From Eledone cirrhosa (Eukaryota): 64,000 nt of DNA. Below the pieces are notes generated by a model. It was not told the DNA's origin and did no database searches. It saw only the letters and a program-made list of their open reading frames with translations. The position numbers and the translations under genes are program-made. Positions 25,925-39,847 of this stretch are shown one piece after another (position 1 is the first letter of the stretch; each line of letters starts with the position of its first letter). The DNA lies in assembly GCA_964016885.1 (NCBI GenBank), contig OZ024743.1, positions 203,484,001 through 203,548,000 on the forward strand, read 5' to 3'.

Positions 25925-26346
25925 GTTGAGGAAAAGGAGGAGGAGAGGAAAGGAGTACAAGCTCTTCGTACTCCTGGAGATGAGGGTTGCACATTTTTTT
26001 TCGGGGGTATGTGTTACCCATATAAACTGTCTCCCTCTATTGGGGAAAATCGACTAACTTTTAAATTCCATCTGTGATAACATTTTACACGTTTTTATTG
26101 TATGTAAACTTCCCCCTTTGTATTTGTCCCCTTCTTTTGTGCCCCTGTGGCTAATAAAGAAATATATCTATCTATCTATCTATCTGTCTATCTATCTATC
26201 CATGTCTCTCCTTTCCTGGCTCATATTTTCCCCTATTTCTTCTTTTTCTGTATAAAAGTACAATATATCGTACCAGGAAAAGTCACACAGACGCACACAC
26301 ATACATACGCACATATACCCACACTCATATATACATATATACATGC

Positions 26347-26393
<47 letters not shown>

Positions 26394-26917
26394 CGTGTAT
26401 ATATATATATATACATACATATATTTGTGTCTTTGTGTGTTGCAGGTGTGTGTGTGTATAGAAGGCTGAGTGGCTGGATGGATGGAAATACTATTGCGAA
26501 CACAATATTTTGAAAATTGTGTGATTTACAGAGTATATACAGAGGTGGTGGTGCTGGAGATGGGGGCATGACCACCCCCCAGTAATTAAATTCACCTCCC
26601 CAAACTACTAAAACACACATCTATTTGCATATGCGCTACAATTTATGTACATGTTATATTTATCGCATACCGAAGTTTTTTATATCTTGGTTGTAATTTG
26701 ATAATATATTATATTAACTTTCATAGTAAATTCTTTTGTCATGTCATAACTTTTTCTCCACATATCATTATTTGCCAATTAACTAGTATGTGTATTTAGA
26801 GACAGATTTCATAGGTCATTTTTCTATAATCACTTCATAATTATTGAAAGCTATAAATATTATATGACCTGCTTGGACTCAAATTGTATTTTCTGACCAT
26901 TTTAGAGCGCAAAGAGC

Positions 26918-28870
26918 TAGAGTATAGTGTTAATTGATATAGAGAGGGGTATTGGAAGAGAATACGGTGTAGTAGGTATGGTGAGATGGAGAGTATAGTG
27001 GTAATTGATATAGAGAGGGGTATTGGAAGAGAATACGGTGTAGTAGATATGGTGAGATGGACAGTATAGTGGTAATTGATATAGAGAGGGGTATTGGAAG
27101 GGAATACGGTGTAGTAGATATGGTGAGATGGAGAGTATAGTGGTAATTGATATAGAGAGGGGTATTGGAAGAGAATACGGTGTAGTAGATATGGTGAGAT
27201 GGAGAGTATAGTGATAATTGATATAGAGAGGGGTATTGGAAGAGAATACGGTGTAGTAGATATGGTGATATGGAGAGTATAGTGTTAATTGATATAGTGA
27301 GGGGTATTGGAAGAGAATACGGTGTAGTAGATATGGTGAGATGGAGAGTATAGTGGTAATTGATATAGAGAGGGGTATTGGAAGAGAATACGGTGTAGTA
27401 GATATGGTGAGATGGACAGTATAGTGGTAATTGATATAGAGAGGGGTATTGGAAGAGAATACGGTGTAGTAGATATGGTGAGATGGAGAGTATAGTGGTA
27501 ATTGATATAGAGAGGGGTATTGGAAGAGAATACGGTGTAGTAGATATGGTGAGATGGAGAGTATAGTGGTAATTGATATAGAGAGGGGTATTGGAAGAGA
27601 ATACGGTGTAGTAGATATGGTGAGATGGAGAGTATAGTGTTAATTGATATAGTGAGGGGTATTGGAAGAGAATACGGTGTAGTAGATATGGTGATGTGGA
27701 GAGTATAGTGGTAATTGATATAGAGAGGGGTATTGGAAGAGAATACGGTGTAGTAGATATGGTGAGATGGAGAGTATAGTGTTAATTGATATAGTGAGGG
27801 GTATTGGAAGAGAATACGGTGTAGTAGATATGGTGAGATGGAGAGTATAGTGGTAATTGATATAGAGAGGTGTATTGGAAGAGAATACGGTGTAGTAGAT
27901 ATGGTGAGGTGGAGAGTATAGTGGTAATTGATATAGAGAGGGGTATTGGAAGAGAATATAGTGTAGTAGATATGGTGAGGTGGAGAGTATAGTGGTAATT
28001 GATATAGAGAGGGGTATTGGAAGAGAATATGGTGTAGTAGATATGGTGAGGTGGAGAGTATAGTGGTAATTGATATAGAGAGGGGTATTGGAAGAGAATA
28101 CGGTGTAGTAGATATGGTGAGATGGAGAGTATAGTGGTAATTGATATAGAGAGGAGTATTGGAAGAGAATACGGTGTAGTAGATATGGTGAGATGGAGAG
28201 TATAGTGGTAATTGATATAGAGAGGGGTATTGGAAGAGAATACGGTGTAGTAGATATGGTGAGATGGAGAGTATTGTGGTAATTGATATAGAGAGGTGTA
28301 TTGGAAGAGAATACGGTGTAGTAGATATGGTGAGATGGAGAGTATAGTGGTAATTGATATAGAGAGGGGTATTGGAAGAGAATACGGTGTAGTAGATATG
28401 GTGAGGTGGAGAGTATAGTGGTAATTGATATAGAGAGGGGTATTGGAAGAGAATACGGTGTAGTAGATATGGTGAGGTGTAGAGTATAGTGGTAATTGAT
28501 ATAGAGAGGGGTATTGGAAGAGAATATGGTGTAGTAGATATGGTGAGGTGGAGAGTATAGTGGTAATTGATATAGAGAGGGGTATTGGAAGAGAATACGG
28601 TGTAGTAGATATGGTGAGATGGAGAGTATAGTGGTAATTGATATAGAGAGGGGTATTGGAAGGGAATACGGTGTAGTAGATATGGTGAGGTGGAGAGTAT
28701 AGTGGTAATTGATATAGAGAGGGGTATTGGAAGAGAATACGGTGTAGTAGATATGGTGAGATGGAGAGTATAGTGGTAATTGATATAGAGAGGGGTATTG
28801 GAAGAGAATACGGTGTAGTAGATATGGTGAGATGGAGAGTATAGTGGTAATTGATATAGAGAGGGGTATT
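26918..28870. repeat. 71-bp tandem satellite, ~27 copies
   Basis: Unit AGAGAGGGGTATTGGAAGAGAATACGGTGTAGTAGATATGGTGAGATGGAGAGTATAGTGGTAATTGATAT recurs at 26941, 27012, 27083 and onward. Confidence 0.97.
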
Positions 28871-28967
28871 GAAACGGAATGTTGTATGGTAATTATATAG
28901 AGGAGGAGAGCTTGCTGGTAATGTATATAGAGAGGGGGATTCAGAGAGTGTTATGCATGGTAGATAT

Positions 28968-31900
28968 ATATTTCTATTTATTTGCCACCAGGGCATCAAA
29001 GATTGGTACAAATACAAAGGGGGGAGTTTACATACATTTAATAAGACGTGTAAAAAACATATAACAAATTAAATTTAACAATCGACGTCCTCAATAGGGA
29101 GGGGCGTTGACATGGGTCGCACACACACCCGAAAAATTGTGCAACCCTCCTCTTCAGGAGCACAAAGAGCGGGTGCTTCCTTCCTCTTCTCATTCTTCTC
29201 CTCTCTCACCTACAGGCTGATATAGAGAGAAGGCCCATTCACTCGGGCCATTCTCGCTACTTTCACCCATCTTTCATAAAACTTGCTGGGGTAGAGTACC
29301 TCTCTCTCCATTCTGATCCTTCTTCTAAAGTGGTACTTGAAAAAAAAGACCAGTTGTTGGCCGGAGAGAAAGGTGTCTGACCTCAGCCCTTTCTTCAACC
29401 TTGTCCACCATACAACTTCTTTCGCCATGACTATCACACAGAGGAAAACCGCCTCTCCTTCGTTTATGAAAGGAGGAGGCGGTTTGATCGTGACAATGTT
29501 CTCGGTGGTCAACCTGATTGGTCCCACTTGCGACAGTAGTCGTTCTACATAGCCCCAGAGGTCATCAACGTCCGGGCAGTGTACGAATGCGTGTGCGACG
29601 GTTTCCACGTCACGCACGCATCTTGGACAGATCTTCTTCGAGGGGTCCCTACCCGGGCGCCCGTGTCTGTAGAGATTGTCCCGAACGGGTAGAGCTCCTC
29701 GGTAACATTGCCAAGCCAGGGACTTTTGGAAGTTGTGCATCGGTCCCGGGCGGAAGGTCCTACCGAACAGACTGGCTAGCCAGCTCGTCTTCCTCCATGC
29801 CCAGAGCCTCTCCAAGATTGTCGTCGCACTTACTGCGCACCAACCCTCTTTAGAATGTTGAGGTTGAGTCTCCACTGATTGCCGGATCCGCTTGCCAGAG
29901 GGCCGTGAGCGCCTGGGCACATTCAATGTGCCAGTCGCCCATTTTTCTCGGTCTTTGCTTGACCCAGGATTGCAGCTCGGTGAGTAAGACGAGTCTCGGA
30001 AAGGCTTGCCTCACAAACAGGGCCCACACCGGCTGACCGGTGAGGAATACCTGGATGTGCCTTAGCCTTAATGCGTGTCTACGCATCGTCAGCCACGTCA
30101 ACCCCAGCCCTCCGTTCGAAGGGTGTTGACAGCAGATGGATCTTCTCACCAAAGGAGCCCGCTTCTTCCAAAGATGTATCGCATGAGGTGGAGGTTGTCG
30201 TGTATGGACCTGGACGGGATTGCGCATCTCTGCGCTTCTCCCACCAGGTTCCCGATGACAAGCGCCAACCTCTTCGCTAACACCTTGGCCAAAATCTGTA
30301 ACTCTGTGTTTAGCTGAATTATGGGCCTGAAGTTATCTATGTCATCCCCCTTGTTCTCGTCCTTCCTCACCAGCGTGACTACGCCCTTGGTCACAGAACT
30401 GGTAATTCTCCCGTTCTGTTGCCAGTTGCAGTAGACCGCCTCGAGGGCACTGGAGAACAAGCCCGGCATCGCTACATAAAGTTTGTATGGTAGACCATCG
30501 AGACCCGGAGATTTGCGTTTGCCGAATTGGCTCAGCGCTTCCCCTATTTCAGCGGCTGAAATCGGCCTCTCGCAGGACTTCGCCTCCCCGTCCGAGAGCC
30601 GCGCCAGACCGTCGAGGTATGGACCGAAATCCATGGCCCCCTCCGGCCCTCCGCCCCTCCCGAACAGTCGTGCAAAGCGCCGTTGAAAGGCCGCGCTCAT
30701 CCGCTCAGGTTCAAGGATCACGCGTCCATCCTGGTCCTTCAAAAACCAAATCGTGGACTTGTTCCCACTTTTTGCCTCTGTCACTCGGGCCCAGCTAACA
30801 GCTTTGGCTCCCTCGTTACCCAGAGCACGTATTTTACTCCTGACAACGCAGCCCTCGTGCTTCGCATCAAAGAACTGGTCTAGGGCCGTTCTTGACGCCA
30901 GCACGCCGGCCACGTTGCTACTCCTAATCGCCTCTTCTACTCTATTTGTTAATTCCCTTTCACTTCTATTCCTATCTAATGCTAATTCCCGACTAAAACC
31001 TATCGATTCTATTCTAATTTCTCTCTTGAGAGAGCCCCACCACCTGTTGTTGACAATTGCCCCCGTCAAACGCTGCTTAACTAGTGTGCTAATCCGCTTA
31101 CTGTAAGCTTTGTTTGTCGGTAAAGACAAGTTTAGCTTCCAGTAACCGGGTCCCTGTCTATGAGTTCTATCAAGGTTGACCACTCCGGTCACCAACTTGT
31201 GATCCGAATAGTCAACAATGAACATTCGTGGACAGCTTAATATGTCCCTATCCTTATTTCTAACTAGGAACCTATCTAGGTACGACCTAGATGTTCCGCT
31301 ACGATTACTCCACGTCCACCGTGGTACAGTCGGAAAATCTAGTCGATATCTATCGGCCAGATCAAATCGGCCGATTAAACGTCCCTACATAGTCCCAACG
31401 TGCATCCAGGATACGATTCCAGTCCCCCACTAAAACAAGGAGCGAGACGTTCCAAGGAAATTCTCCAGGCGTCGGAAGAAGTCCGGTCGCGGTGTCCCAG
31501 ATGGGGCATACGCTGCCACCAGCCTGAAAGCTCCACCTTCACCACTGCCGACGTCTAAAACCACCAGTCGACCTTCCGAGTCCAGGTGTACCTTCTGTGT
31601 GGCAAGACCCAGGTATATTCGTAGCAGAACGACAACCCCACCCCCACCCCTCAGCTGACAGAGAGATGCGTAGATCTCAAAGTCGTCGAAGATGGGGGCC
31701 AGTTGGCGCTCGCTGCTGATCCTGGACTCGCAAATAACCATTATATCCACTCTGTGCGACCTGAGGTCATTTAAGAGTTTTCCCTGTTTCCAGGACATCC
31801 CGAAGCCGCGTGCATTCACACACCCAACCCTTATATTGGCCATGTTGGTGCTGAAGAATTAAAAAGGAAGAGGAAAGGAAATTACTTACCTTTTCGTCTC

Positions 31901-32610
31901 CTGGGGACCAGGCTGCACAATTTCCATGGGGGTGTTGGAAGGGTTGTTTGGTGGGGTGGTGGTTTGTGGTGGGGTGAGGACATCATTGTGTGGTGGGATT
32001 AGGGTGTTTGGTGGGGTGTGGGTGTCTGGTGTGGGGGTGGGGAAACATCTCAATAGGACGCTGTTATGTGGTTTGGTGCAATTGGCCCCACATGCATTGG
32101 ATGGTTCTTTTTTCAATGTTACATAGGTTTCCGTTGGGACCCTAATCATCATTAGCTGCGGTTTGTTCGCTGCGTAGGTGAAAGTGATCCTTTCGGTTTC
32201 CACCGAAGGGTTATTTTCTATCGCTTTCATCAACGTTTTATTGTTCTTGTTAATGTATGTATAGAGTTTTTGTTGTGTTGTGTTTGTTTTTGTTTGTTGT
32301 TCTTGTGCGTGTTTGCGTTTTGTAGTACGTGTTATGGTTTGGGGAGGGGTGGGTTTTTTATTTGTGATGTTTGTTCTGTTTGTGCTGGTGGTTGTGTGTT
32401 TGTGGCATTTTTGTTAATGTGGTGCCTTTTTTTTCCTTTTCACCTGTTGAAAGGGTTCTCCCTTGTCGTCACTGGGTGACGTTGATACGGAGTCCTCTTC
32501 CAATGTTGTTGGGGAGGGGTATATTTTGGGGTTTTGTTGTGGTTGCTTTTGTATTTGTTTTAGGTGGGGAGGTGTTGGGTGGAACAGTGTTTTGTGTTGT
32601 TATTTTTCCG

Positions 32611-32646
<36 letters not shown>

Positions 32647-33936
32647 GGTGGTGGTGGTGGTGGTGGTGTTGGTGGTGGTGGTGGTGGTGGTGGTGGTGGT
32701 GGTGGTGGTGGTGGTGGTTGTGTTGTTGTGTTCGGGGTTGGCAGAAGAGCCTTTTTTTTTTACTCGTTAATTGTGGACAGGCAGCCCTCAGGTGACCCCT
32801 GCTTAAGCAGTGGTAACATGGGGGCCGCCTTCCCTCCACTGAAATGTTTGTATACGTTATCCCGTCCAGAGGCACGTGATATGGGATATTCGCTATTCGT
32901 GCTGGGCTCATTGACACCAGAACTTCTACGGTGGTCCCACCAAATACACCTCCGGAGTACTTTCCTATTGAAATTGTCTTGTCTTCGTCAAAGTCAATGA
33001 TTCCACATAGTATCCACCAAATATTTACATTTGGTGTGATACTCATTATTCTTATTCTTTGTGTCCTTTTTCCCCTGTATGTGGGGAAAAAGGTGAAGCC
33101 GGGGGACACAATGGGTGATACCGAGTACTTTTGAGCTGTTGACTGGTTGTTCATTAGCACCGAAATGCTACCAAATAGTTTACCTTTTTGTATGAAGGTT
33201 AAGTCCTTCATTGCATCTTTTAGAACCAGCTCAATTTCATTTTGTGATAATTGAGCTGGTTTTCTTGTTTCGTTCGATATTGTCCTGAAAACCACAGTTT
33301 TCAGGACAGTCACTCTACGTAATTCCTGTGGAGAATTGATGCTAAAAGCACCGTTTTCGCCAAAAGTCACGAATTGTTTTGCGTCTTGTAATAGTTGTTT
33401 AGCATTTGTTATGTCTATTGGCGTGTATAGTTCGTTTTTTTTTACAGTCTGTGCGAATGTTGTTTTGGTGTTGTTGTCTTTTTTGTTGCTGTCACTGTTG
33501 GTAATATTGTTCATGTTTTCCTTGGTGTTGCTATTGTTGCAGTTGTTGGTTGTGGTGTTATTGTCATTGTTCTTGTTGTTGGTACTGGTATTATTTACCG
33601 GGTTTTGTTTCGTGGTTTCGATATTTTTAACGTTTTTCGATGATGCGAGGGGGGAAGGCTGCAAGTTTTGTACTCCTACCTTCCCTCCACCACTTTTCTT
33701 AGTGGGCGTGGCACTCACGACAGTGTGCGAGGTGGAAATGGCATCCATTGCCACCAAGTCTACAGTTTTGAGATGAAAATTGAAAATTTCGCCCAAGAAA
33801 GGGGCGAAAATTAGTTGACTCAACGTCTGACGGCCCAGGCAAGGGGTTAAACTAAACAATGTTATTAAATTGAGCAATAAACTCACAGTTTTTTTTACAA
33901 TAATCCGTAAAAATCCGGAGCGAAGTAAATCACGTC
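28968..33936 (-). mobile_element. Tx1/L1-like LINE (copy 2), RT core deleted, frameshifted
   Basis: ORF1 ~31886-33748 (CYHCLSRGHLRAAC), ORF2 from 31843. Junction near 30172 joins NLHLMRYI to the WKKRAPLV region, so QGCPLS/YADD are lost. Confidence 0.92.
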
Positions 33937-34820
33937 TATATCAAGTGGTAATTGATATAGAGAGGGGAATAGTTTGGTAGTAATTGATATAGAGAGGGGG
34001 GTTGTGAGAGATTGACTTGTAGTAGATGTAGAGAGGGGTAGATTTCAATGATTGTAGATATAGTGAGGGGCTTGGGAAAGATAAATATTGCCAAATATAG
34101 AGAGAGGGATTCAGAAAGACAGTGTCGTAAAAATATAGAGGGGGGGAGTTAGAGAGGAGGAGAGTTGGGTAGTACTCTCGGGTCCCAAATAATAGGAGGG
34201 GTTGGAATGGGGATCCTTGGAAAATCGGTAATTGTATAGTGTACGTTCGTAAATATGGGATTTTTTGCTGTTGTTGTTGTTCTTTTTGACGTTTATGATG
34301 TTTTTTTTTTATGTAAAATAAAATCAGTATTAGATTCTCCAGCTGCTGTATCAATATTAATCACTTACAATAAACTTTCGCCGGAGATAGATTAGCAAAA
34401 TTTAATAACCTGGGGAGGGGGGGGGGGATACAAACTGAAAAATTAATAAGCGTTGGGGGACGATTATTCAAGACCTAAGCGTACGTGAATTATTGACGGA
34501 CGTAAAAAAGGAAAACGCAATACCGAAGTATAGCTTAAATATTCATTTATTATGGCTAAGTGTTGAGCCTTGTTACTCTGGAGTTTCACCTGTGTAGTCC
34601 ACTGGATCATCATATAAGAATGGTGATCCTGTGGGTACACAGGTGACACTTTAGAGTATCAAAGCACATCAATATCCATAATAAATGACTGTGTATATAT
34701 ATATAAATATATATATATATATAGGAGACGAATAAATTTAGTATAATACCAGTTTCTTACCAAATGGAAAGAAGCTCAATATATTAACCATTTAGGAAAG
34801 GATAGAGAGCATAGTTTTTT

Positions 34821-35160
<340 letters not shown>

Positions 35161-36163
35161 TCTACCTGGAGTTGCGACCGATAGATAGTATTAGCAATTG
35201 GAAAGACCAATGGAAACACTGTTTCCTCGGTCCGATTTGACGAAAGTCGATCGTTAGGAATATATATATATATATATAGGAGCATTGGAACTGGGAAGGG
35301 AGCAGGGATTATATTTCCTCCCCAAACTACCAAAACACACATCTATTTTGATATTCGCTACAATTTATCAATTTATGTACTTGTCGCATATCGAAGATTT
35401 CTGACAACTTTTGAGTGCAAAGAGCTAAAATAATCACTACTACTAAATTACCCAAATTTGGACCCTAATCCAGAAATGCTTCCACCGCCCCTGATATATA
35501 TATACATATATATATATAGTGATGGAAGGTGCATGGCTTATATTTTGTGTGTTCGGCTCGCAATCGTCGGTCATGAGTTCAGTTCTCAGCGGTACCCTTT
35601 GCGCTTGAACAAGATAATTTTTTTTCACAGTGCTTTAGTCCACAAAACTGGAAAATGTATTTGAACCTGTGGCACAAAGTCTAGCTTTGTTACACATTAT
35701 GTCGTTGATCTCCCATAGAAATACTTTAAGAGTACACATGACTGTGGAATGTTCAGTTACTTAAAAGTTACTTCTATTGGATGCCTTACATACATAATAC
35801 ATATCTACATAGATACGTTTATACATAAATATTAATGTACATACTCATATAGCGGCTATTTAAATTTGGTGGGGATTCGCCGTTAACGACTACGCTAGCA
35901 GGAAATACATTACTTATAGAGATTATTTTTCGGTACAATAATGTGTTATGTCATCAGCAGATTTTCCGTATCACTGGCAGACAATTATATTTGTGAATCC
36001 CAACATATTTCTATGTGTGGGTTGATGTTTTCTCTTCACCTGTTTCTCTATGATGTCTTAAAGACAAATTCCACTCGTTTGATTTACTTTCGATTTATTT
36101 CTTCAACATTTGCCTCTGGCTGTATATATATCGTAAGGGAAAAACTATCAGTTGTTTTGTCTC

Positions 36164-36197
<34 letters not shown>

Positions 36198-36237
36198 TCT
36201 TCTTCTTCTTCTAGTTCTACTTATTATTATTATATTA

Positions 36238-36752
36238 AAGGTGGTCGATTGGTGGCATAGAGTTACGTCCCTTTACGATCTGAGTTAGCTTAACCTTTCG
36301 TCCTTACGGGATCGATAAAATAAAATACCAGTAACGCACTGTGGTCGTTTTAAGCGACTTTACTCTTCACTTCAAATTGCTGGCCTTGTGCCAAAAGTAG
36401 AAACAATTATTATTATTATGGTCAATATGTTCAAATCCCGCCGAGGTTAACTTTGCCTTTCATCCTTACGGGGTCGATAAAATATAGTACCTGTAATACA
36501 CTGGGTAATTGCTGGCCTTGTGCCAAAATGTAGAAACAATTATTATTGTCAATATCAAGGGCGGTGGGTTGGCAGTATCGGTAGAGGGTCGACGTCATGC
36601 TTTGCAGCATAGAGTTACGTCCCTTTACGGTCTAAGTTCAAATCCCGCCGAGGTTAACTTTGCCTTTCATCCTTACGGGGTCGATAAAATAAAGTACCAG
36701 TAATACACTGGGGTAATTGCTGGCCTTGTGCCAAAAGTAGAAACAATTATTA
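36238..36752 (+). mobile_element. Three tandem SINE copies
   Basis: Repeated core and AGAAACAATTATT tails. Confidence 0.85.
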
Positions 36753-37387
36753 TTGTCAATATCATCATCATCGTCATCATCATCGATATTATTACTATTA
36801 TTTCATTATTATTTAATTTGATTTGAAATATATTTTGATAAGTGATAACCTTTTAATTCATTATCGCCATTAGTATAACTTTCATTTTATTCACCCTTAA
36901 AACAATTTCCGCTATTTCTTTCCAGAATTGTTTGGGTAGTTCATTCGAAATATTATTATTTAATTAGCTAACCTGTAATAACATATCACTGAAGAGGTAC
37001 CGAAATCTTTGAAACAGAATCTATTTGTGATTATAGAGAAATAATGGTTCAATTAATTAAAAATTAATAAAACATGATTTCTAACATTGAGAGGGTTATG
37101 GGAGTCGATTATATCGACCCCAGTACTTAATTTGGACTTTATTATACTGACCCCCGAAAGGATGAAAGACAAAGTTGACCTTGGGGAGATTTGAAAGTTG
37201 ACCTTGGTGAGAATGTAAAGCACAGGAAGAAATGCCAGAAAGCAGTTTTACCCAACACTCCAACGTTTCTGTCAATCCACTGCTCCTCGTGAACTCAACG
37301 CTATGGCTTTTCTATTGAAAATATTATGTTTTTATTGTTAATTTACAAGAACAACATATGAAGGAGAAGCAGTAGAAGTACATTAAT

Positions 37388-37968
37388 AATGATTGTTTCT
37401 ACATTTGGCACAATGCCAGCAATTACTGGTACTTTATTTTATCAACCCCGTAAGGATGAAAGGCAAAGTTAACCACGGATTATAAAGGGGCGTAACTTTG
37501 TGCTACAAAGCATAACGTCCGAACCTCTACCGATACTGCCAATCCACAGTAATAATAATGGTTTCTTATATAGGCGCAAGGCCTGCGATTTGGGGGAAGG
37601 GGAAAGTTGATTAAATCGACCCCAGTGCGTGACTGGTACTTTATTTTATCGACCGCGTAAGGATGAAAGACAAAGTTAACCTCGGCGGTATTTGAACTCA
37701 GATCATAAAGGGGCGTAACTCTGTGCTACAAAGCATAACGCCCGACCCTCTACCGATACTGCCAATCCACAGTAATAATAATTGTTTCTACTTTTGGCAC
37801 AAGGCCAGCAATTATATCAGTGCATTACTGGTACTTTGTTTTATCGACCCCGTAAGGATGAAAGGCAAAGTTAACCTTGGCGGGATTTGAACTCAGACCG
37901 CGAAGGGCCGAAACTCTATATTGCAAAGCATGGCCTCCGACTCTCTATCGATACTGCCAATCCACCAA
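37388..37968 (-). mobile_element. Three tandem SINE copies (antisense)
   Basis: CGATACTGCCAATCCAC heads at ~37531, 37754 and 37949. Confidence 0.85.
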
Positions 37969-38509
37969 TAATAAATAGGGGTATCAGAAACGATCCCTAT
38001 AGCAGTAATTGCTATGGGATCGATAAAAAAAATATCCTAGGCAAATACATAACCAGAAAACTCGAGGGTTCAGACATTTACACATATAGAGAAAATAGCA
38101 CTACTAGACACTGTAGATATGTTACGTCGTGTACATTCAATATAAATTTCGGTGCAGCCGTTACCCTCACCACAACACCACCACCAATCTCTCCCTCTCT
38201 CCCTCTCTATCTCTCTCTCTCTCACTCACACACACACTCACACACACACACACAAACACACTCACACTCACACACACACATATACACACACGCACACGCA
38301 CACACACACATCCATTCCATCAAAATTTGTTGAAACCTGGGATTAAAAACAAAACTTTTCGGTGGTGCCTCTACTGGCGCAACCACTATTACTTTCTCTC
38401 TTTTTCTCCCACATATACTCTTACCATCCCCTTTCTAGTGACTGATGTTTTTATATATGAAATATGCAACAAAGGTATCCGAAATATACAACTTTAATAA
38501 CTTATATAG

Positions 38510-38870
38510 AGAGTAATCACAAACACAACAATACTCTAGTGTAGCGAAATGTTATAAAATAATTTTATATTTCATTAAATAAAAATGGCGTAGGCATTAC
38601 AATAAAACAGGAGGAAATATAATAGTACAACTGATGATGTCACAGATGTGTGACGAAAGAACTTTGATAGAATATATATATATATATATATATGTTTATA
38701 TCTTTATTTTTAACCGTTGGTCAATCAATGATAAACATTGATTGCCAAATAAATTAACTATAGAGATATAAAATATACAGAAGCAAAACCCAACCCAAAC
38801 CAAACAGTGAGTGTGTTCTGTTATTATTTCTGGCAATATTATAACAATATGACCCTCCCCAAATATAAAA
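38510..38870 (+). mobile_element. Solo pLTR of PLE family B with a degenerate hammerhead
   Basis: Homologous to 40805-41100; CTGATGA-TGTCACAgatgTGTGAC-GAAA at 38631. Confidence 0.7.
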
Positions 38871-38925
38871 ATTATATATTTCTATATTCATATTTCTTGT
38901 ATTTTGTGTTGTTTTTTTTTCATAG

Positions 38926-39180
38926 TCAACGGAAGATTTTATCGATGAATATTTCCTGAACAACGGTACGGCACCTATTAGTCCCCACGCTACCAACACA
39001 TACGATGCAATATGGACAATTGCTTTGACTCTCAAAAGAGTTGTCGAAGAGAAAATCAACGAAACTAATTCCGATGATCCTAAAGATGTCCATCTTGAGC
39101 ATTTCCAATATGAATCCGGTTACAATTTAAGCAAACAATTCTTGGAAACTATTGGTAAACTAGAATTTGTTGGAGTTTCG
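38926..39180 (+). CDS. GABA-B-R3: Host exon B, GABA-B receptor-like
   Basis: Poly-T catag| acceptor, |gtaagt donor, 255 nt open. STEDFIDEY...TYDAIWTIALTL...LEFVGVS contains YDAIW and F.GVS motifs; in phase with exon A. Confidence 0.9.
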
Positions 39181-39847
39181 GTAAGTTCACTCAGCTGACT
39201 GTATCAGATTTGACATTATAGAATTGACGTTTTCTCTTTCTATCAACTTCTATAACAGTAAAATGCATTAAAGTTATTGTGTTCATTCGGAGATTGAATA
39301 TTTTAGATAAACATAACCGGTTGATTAACATCCTGTTATGTTTTCAATTATCTTTTCTTTGCTTTCTAGTGAGTGTTTCCTTACAATTACTTTTTATTTT
39401 CATTTTTTACTTTGTTTTTATTCGTATACTGAGAGAATGTACCAGCATATTCTCTTGTGGCTTTTCTTTAAATTACTTCTCAATATGTGTGTCATATCGA
39501 ATGAATAGAAGCAAACACACACACACGTAGACCAGGTCCAAGTACAGAGGAGCCGAACTCACACTGTCATTGCCACCATCTCTCTCGCCCTCCCCATCTC
39601 TCACTATTATGAGCAAATTGGGTCCAACGCACTGGCCGCCCCACGACCCCGATGGACAGAATGGTGGAGGTGTTTCCTCAGAGGATAGTGAGGGAGATGC
39701 GCTGGAAGATCAATTCCATCTCGCGAGGCTTACACCTGCGGCTACCCAGCTCAGCGTCTATGTTGGTAAGTAGGGAGGTAGTCCTACGGCCAAGTACACC
39801 AGAAGTCTCCACTGTTAGGGCCTTGACTGCAAACCTGGTATCTCTGG

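Larger units (their letters stand above)
20321..26164 (+). mobile_element. Near full-length Tx1/L1-like LINE (copy 1)
   Basis: ORF1 with CCHC knuckle, ORF2 APE-RT-zf, AATAAA at 26153; (TATC)n on both sides. Confidence 0.93.

Noticed and set aside
23932-25960. Many short antisense or alternate-frame ORFs over Tx1 and PLE regions
   Set aside because: Shadows of GC-rich retroelement coding sequence.
26918-28870. CRISPR-like regular array; 411-aa ORF 27782..29017
   Set aside because: Units are contiguous and near-identical with no unique spacers and no cas genes, in eukaryotic context. The ORF is a by-product of a stop-poor 71-bp repeat cycling through three frames.
36985-37020. CTGAAGAG..GAAA hammerhead-like string (also 8965-8995 on minus)
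   Set aside because: Stems I and II cannot be formed convincingly; too decayed to call.
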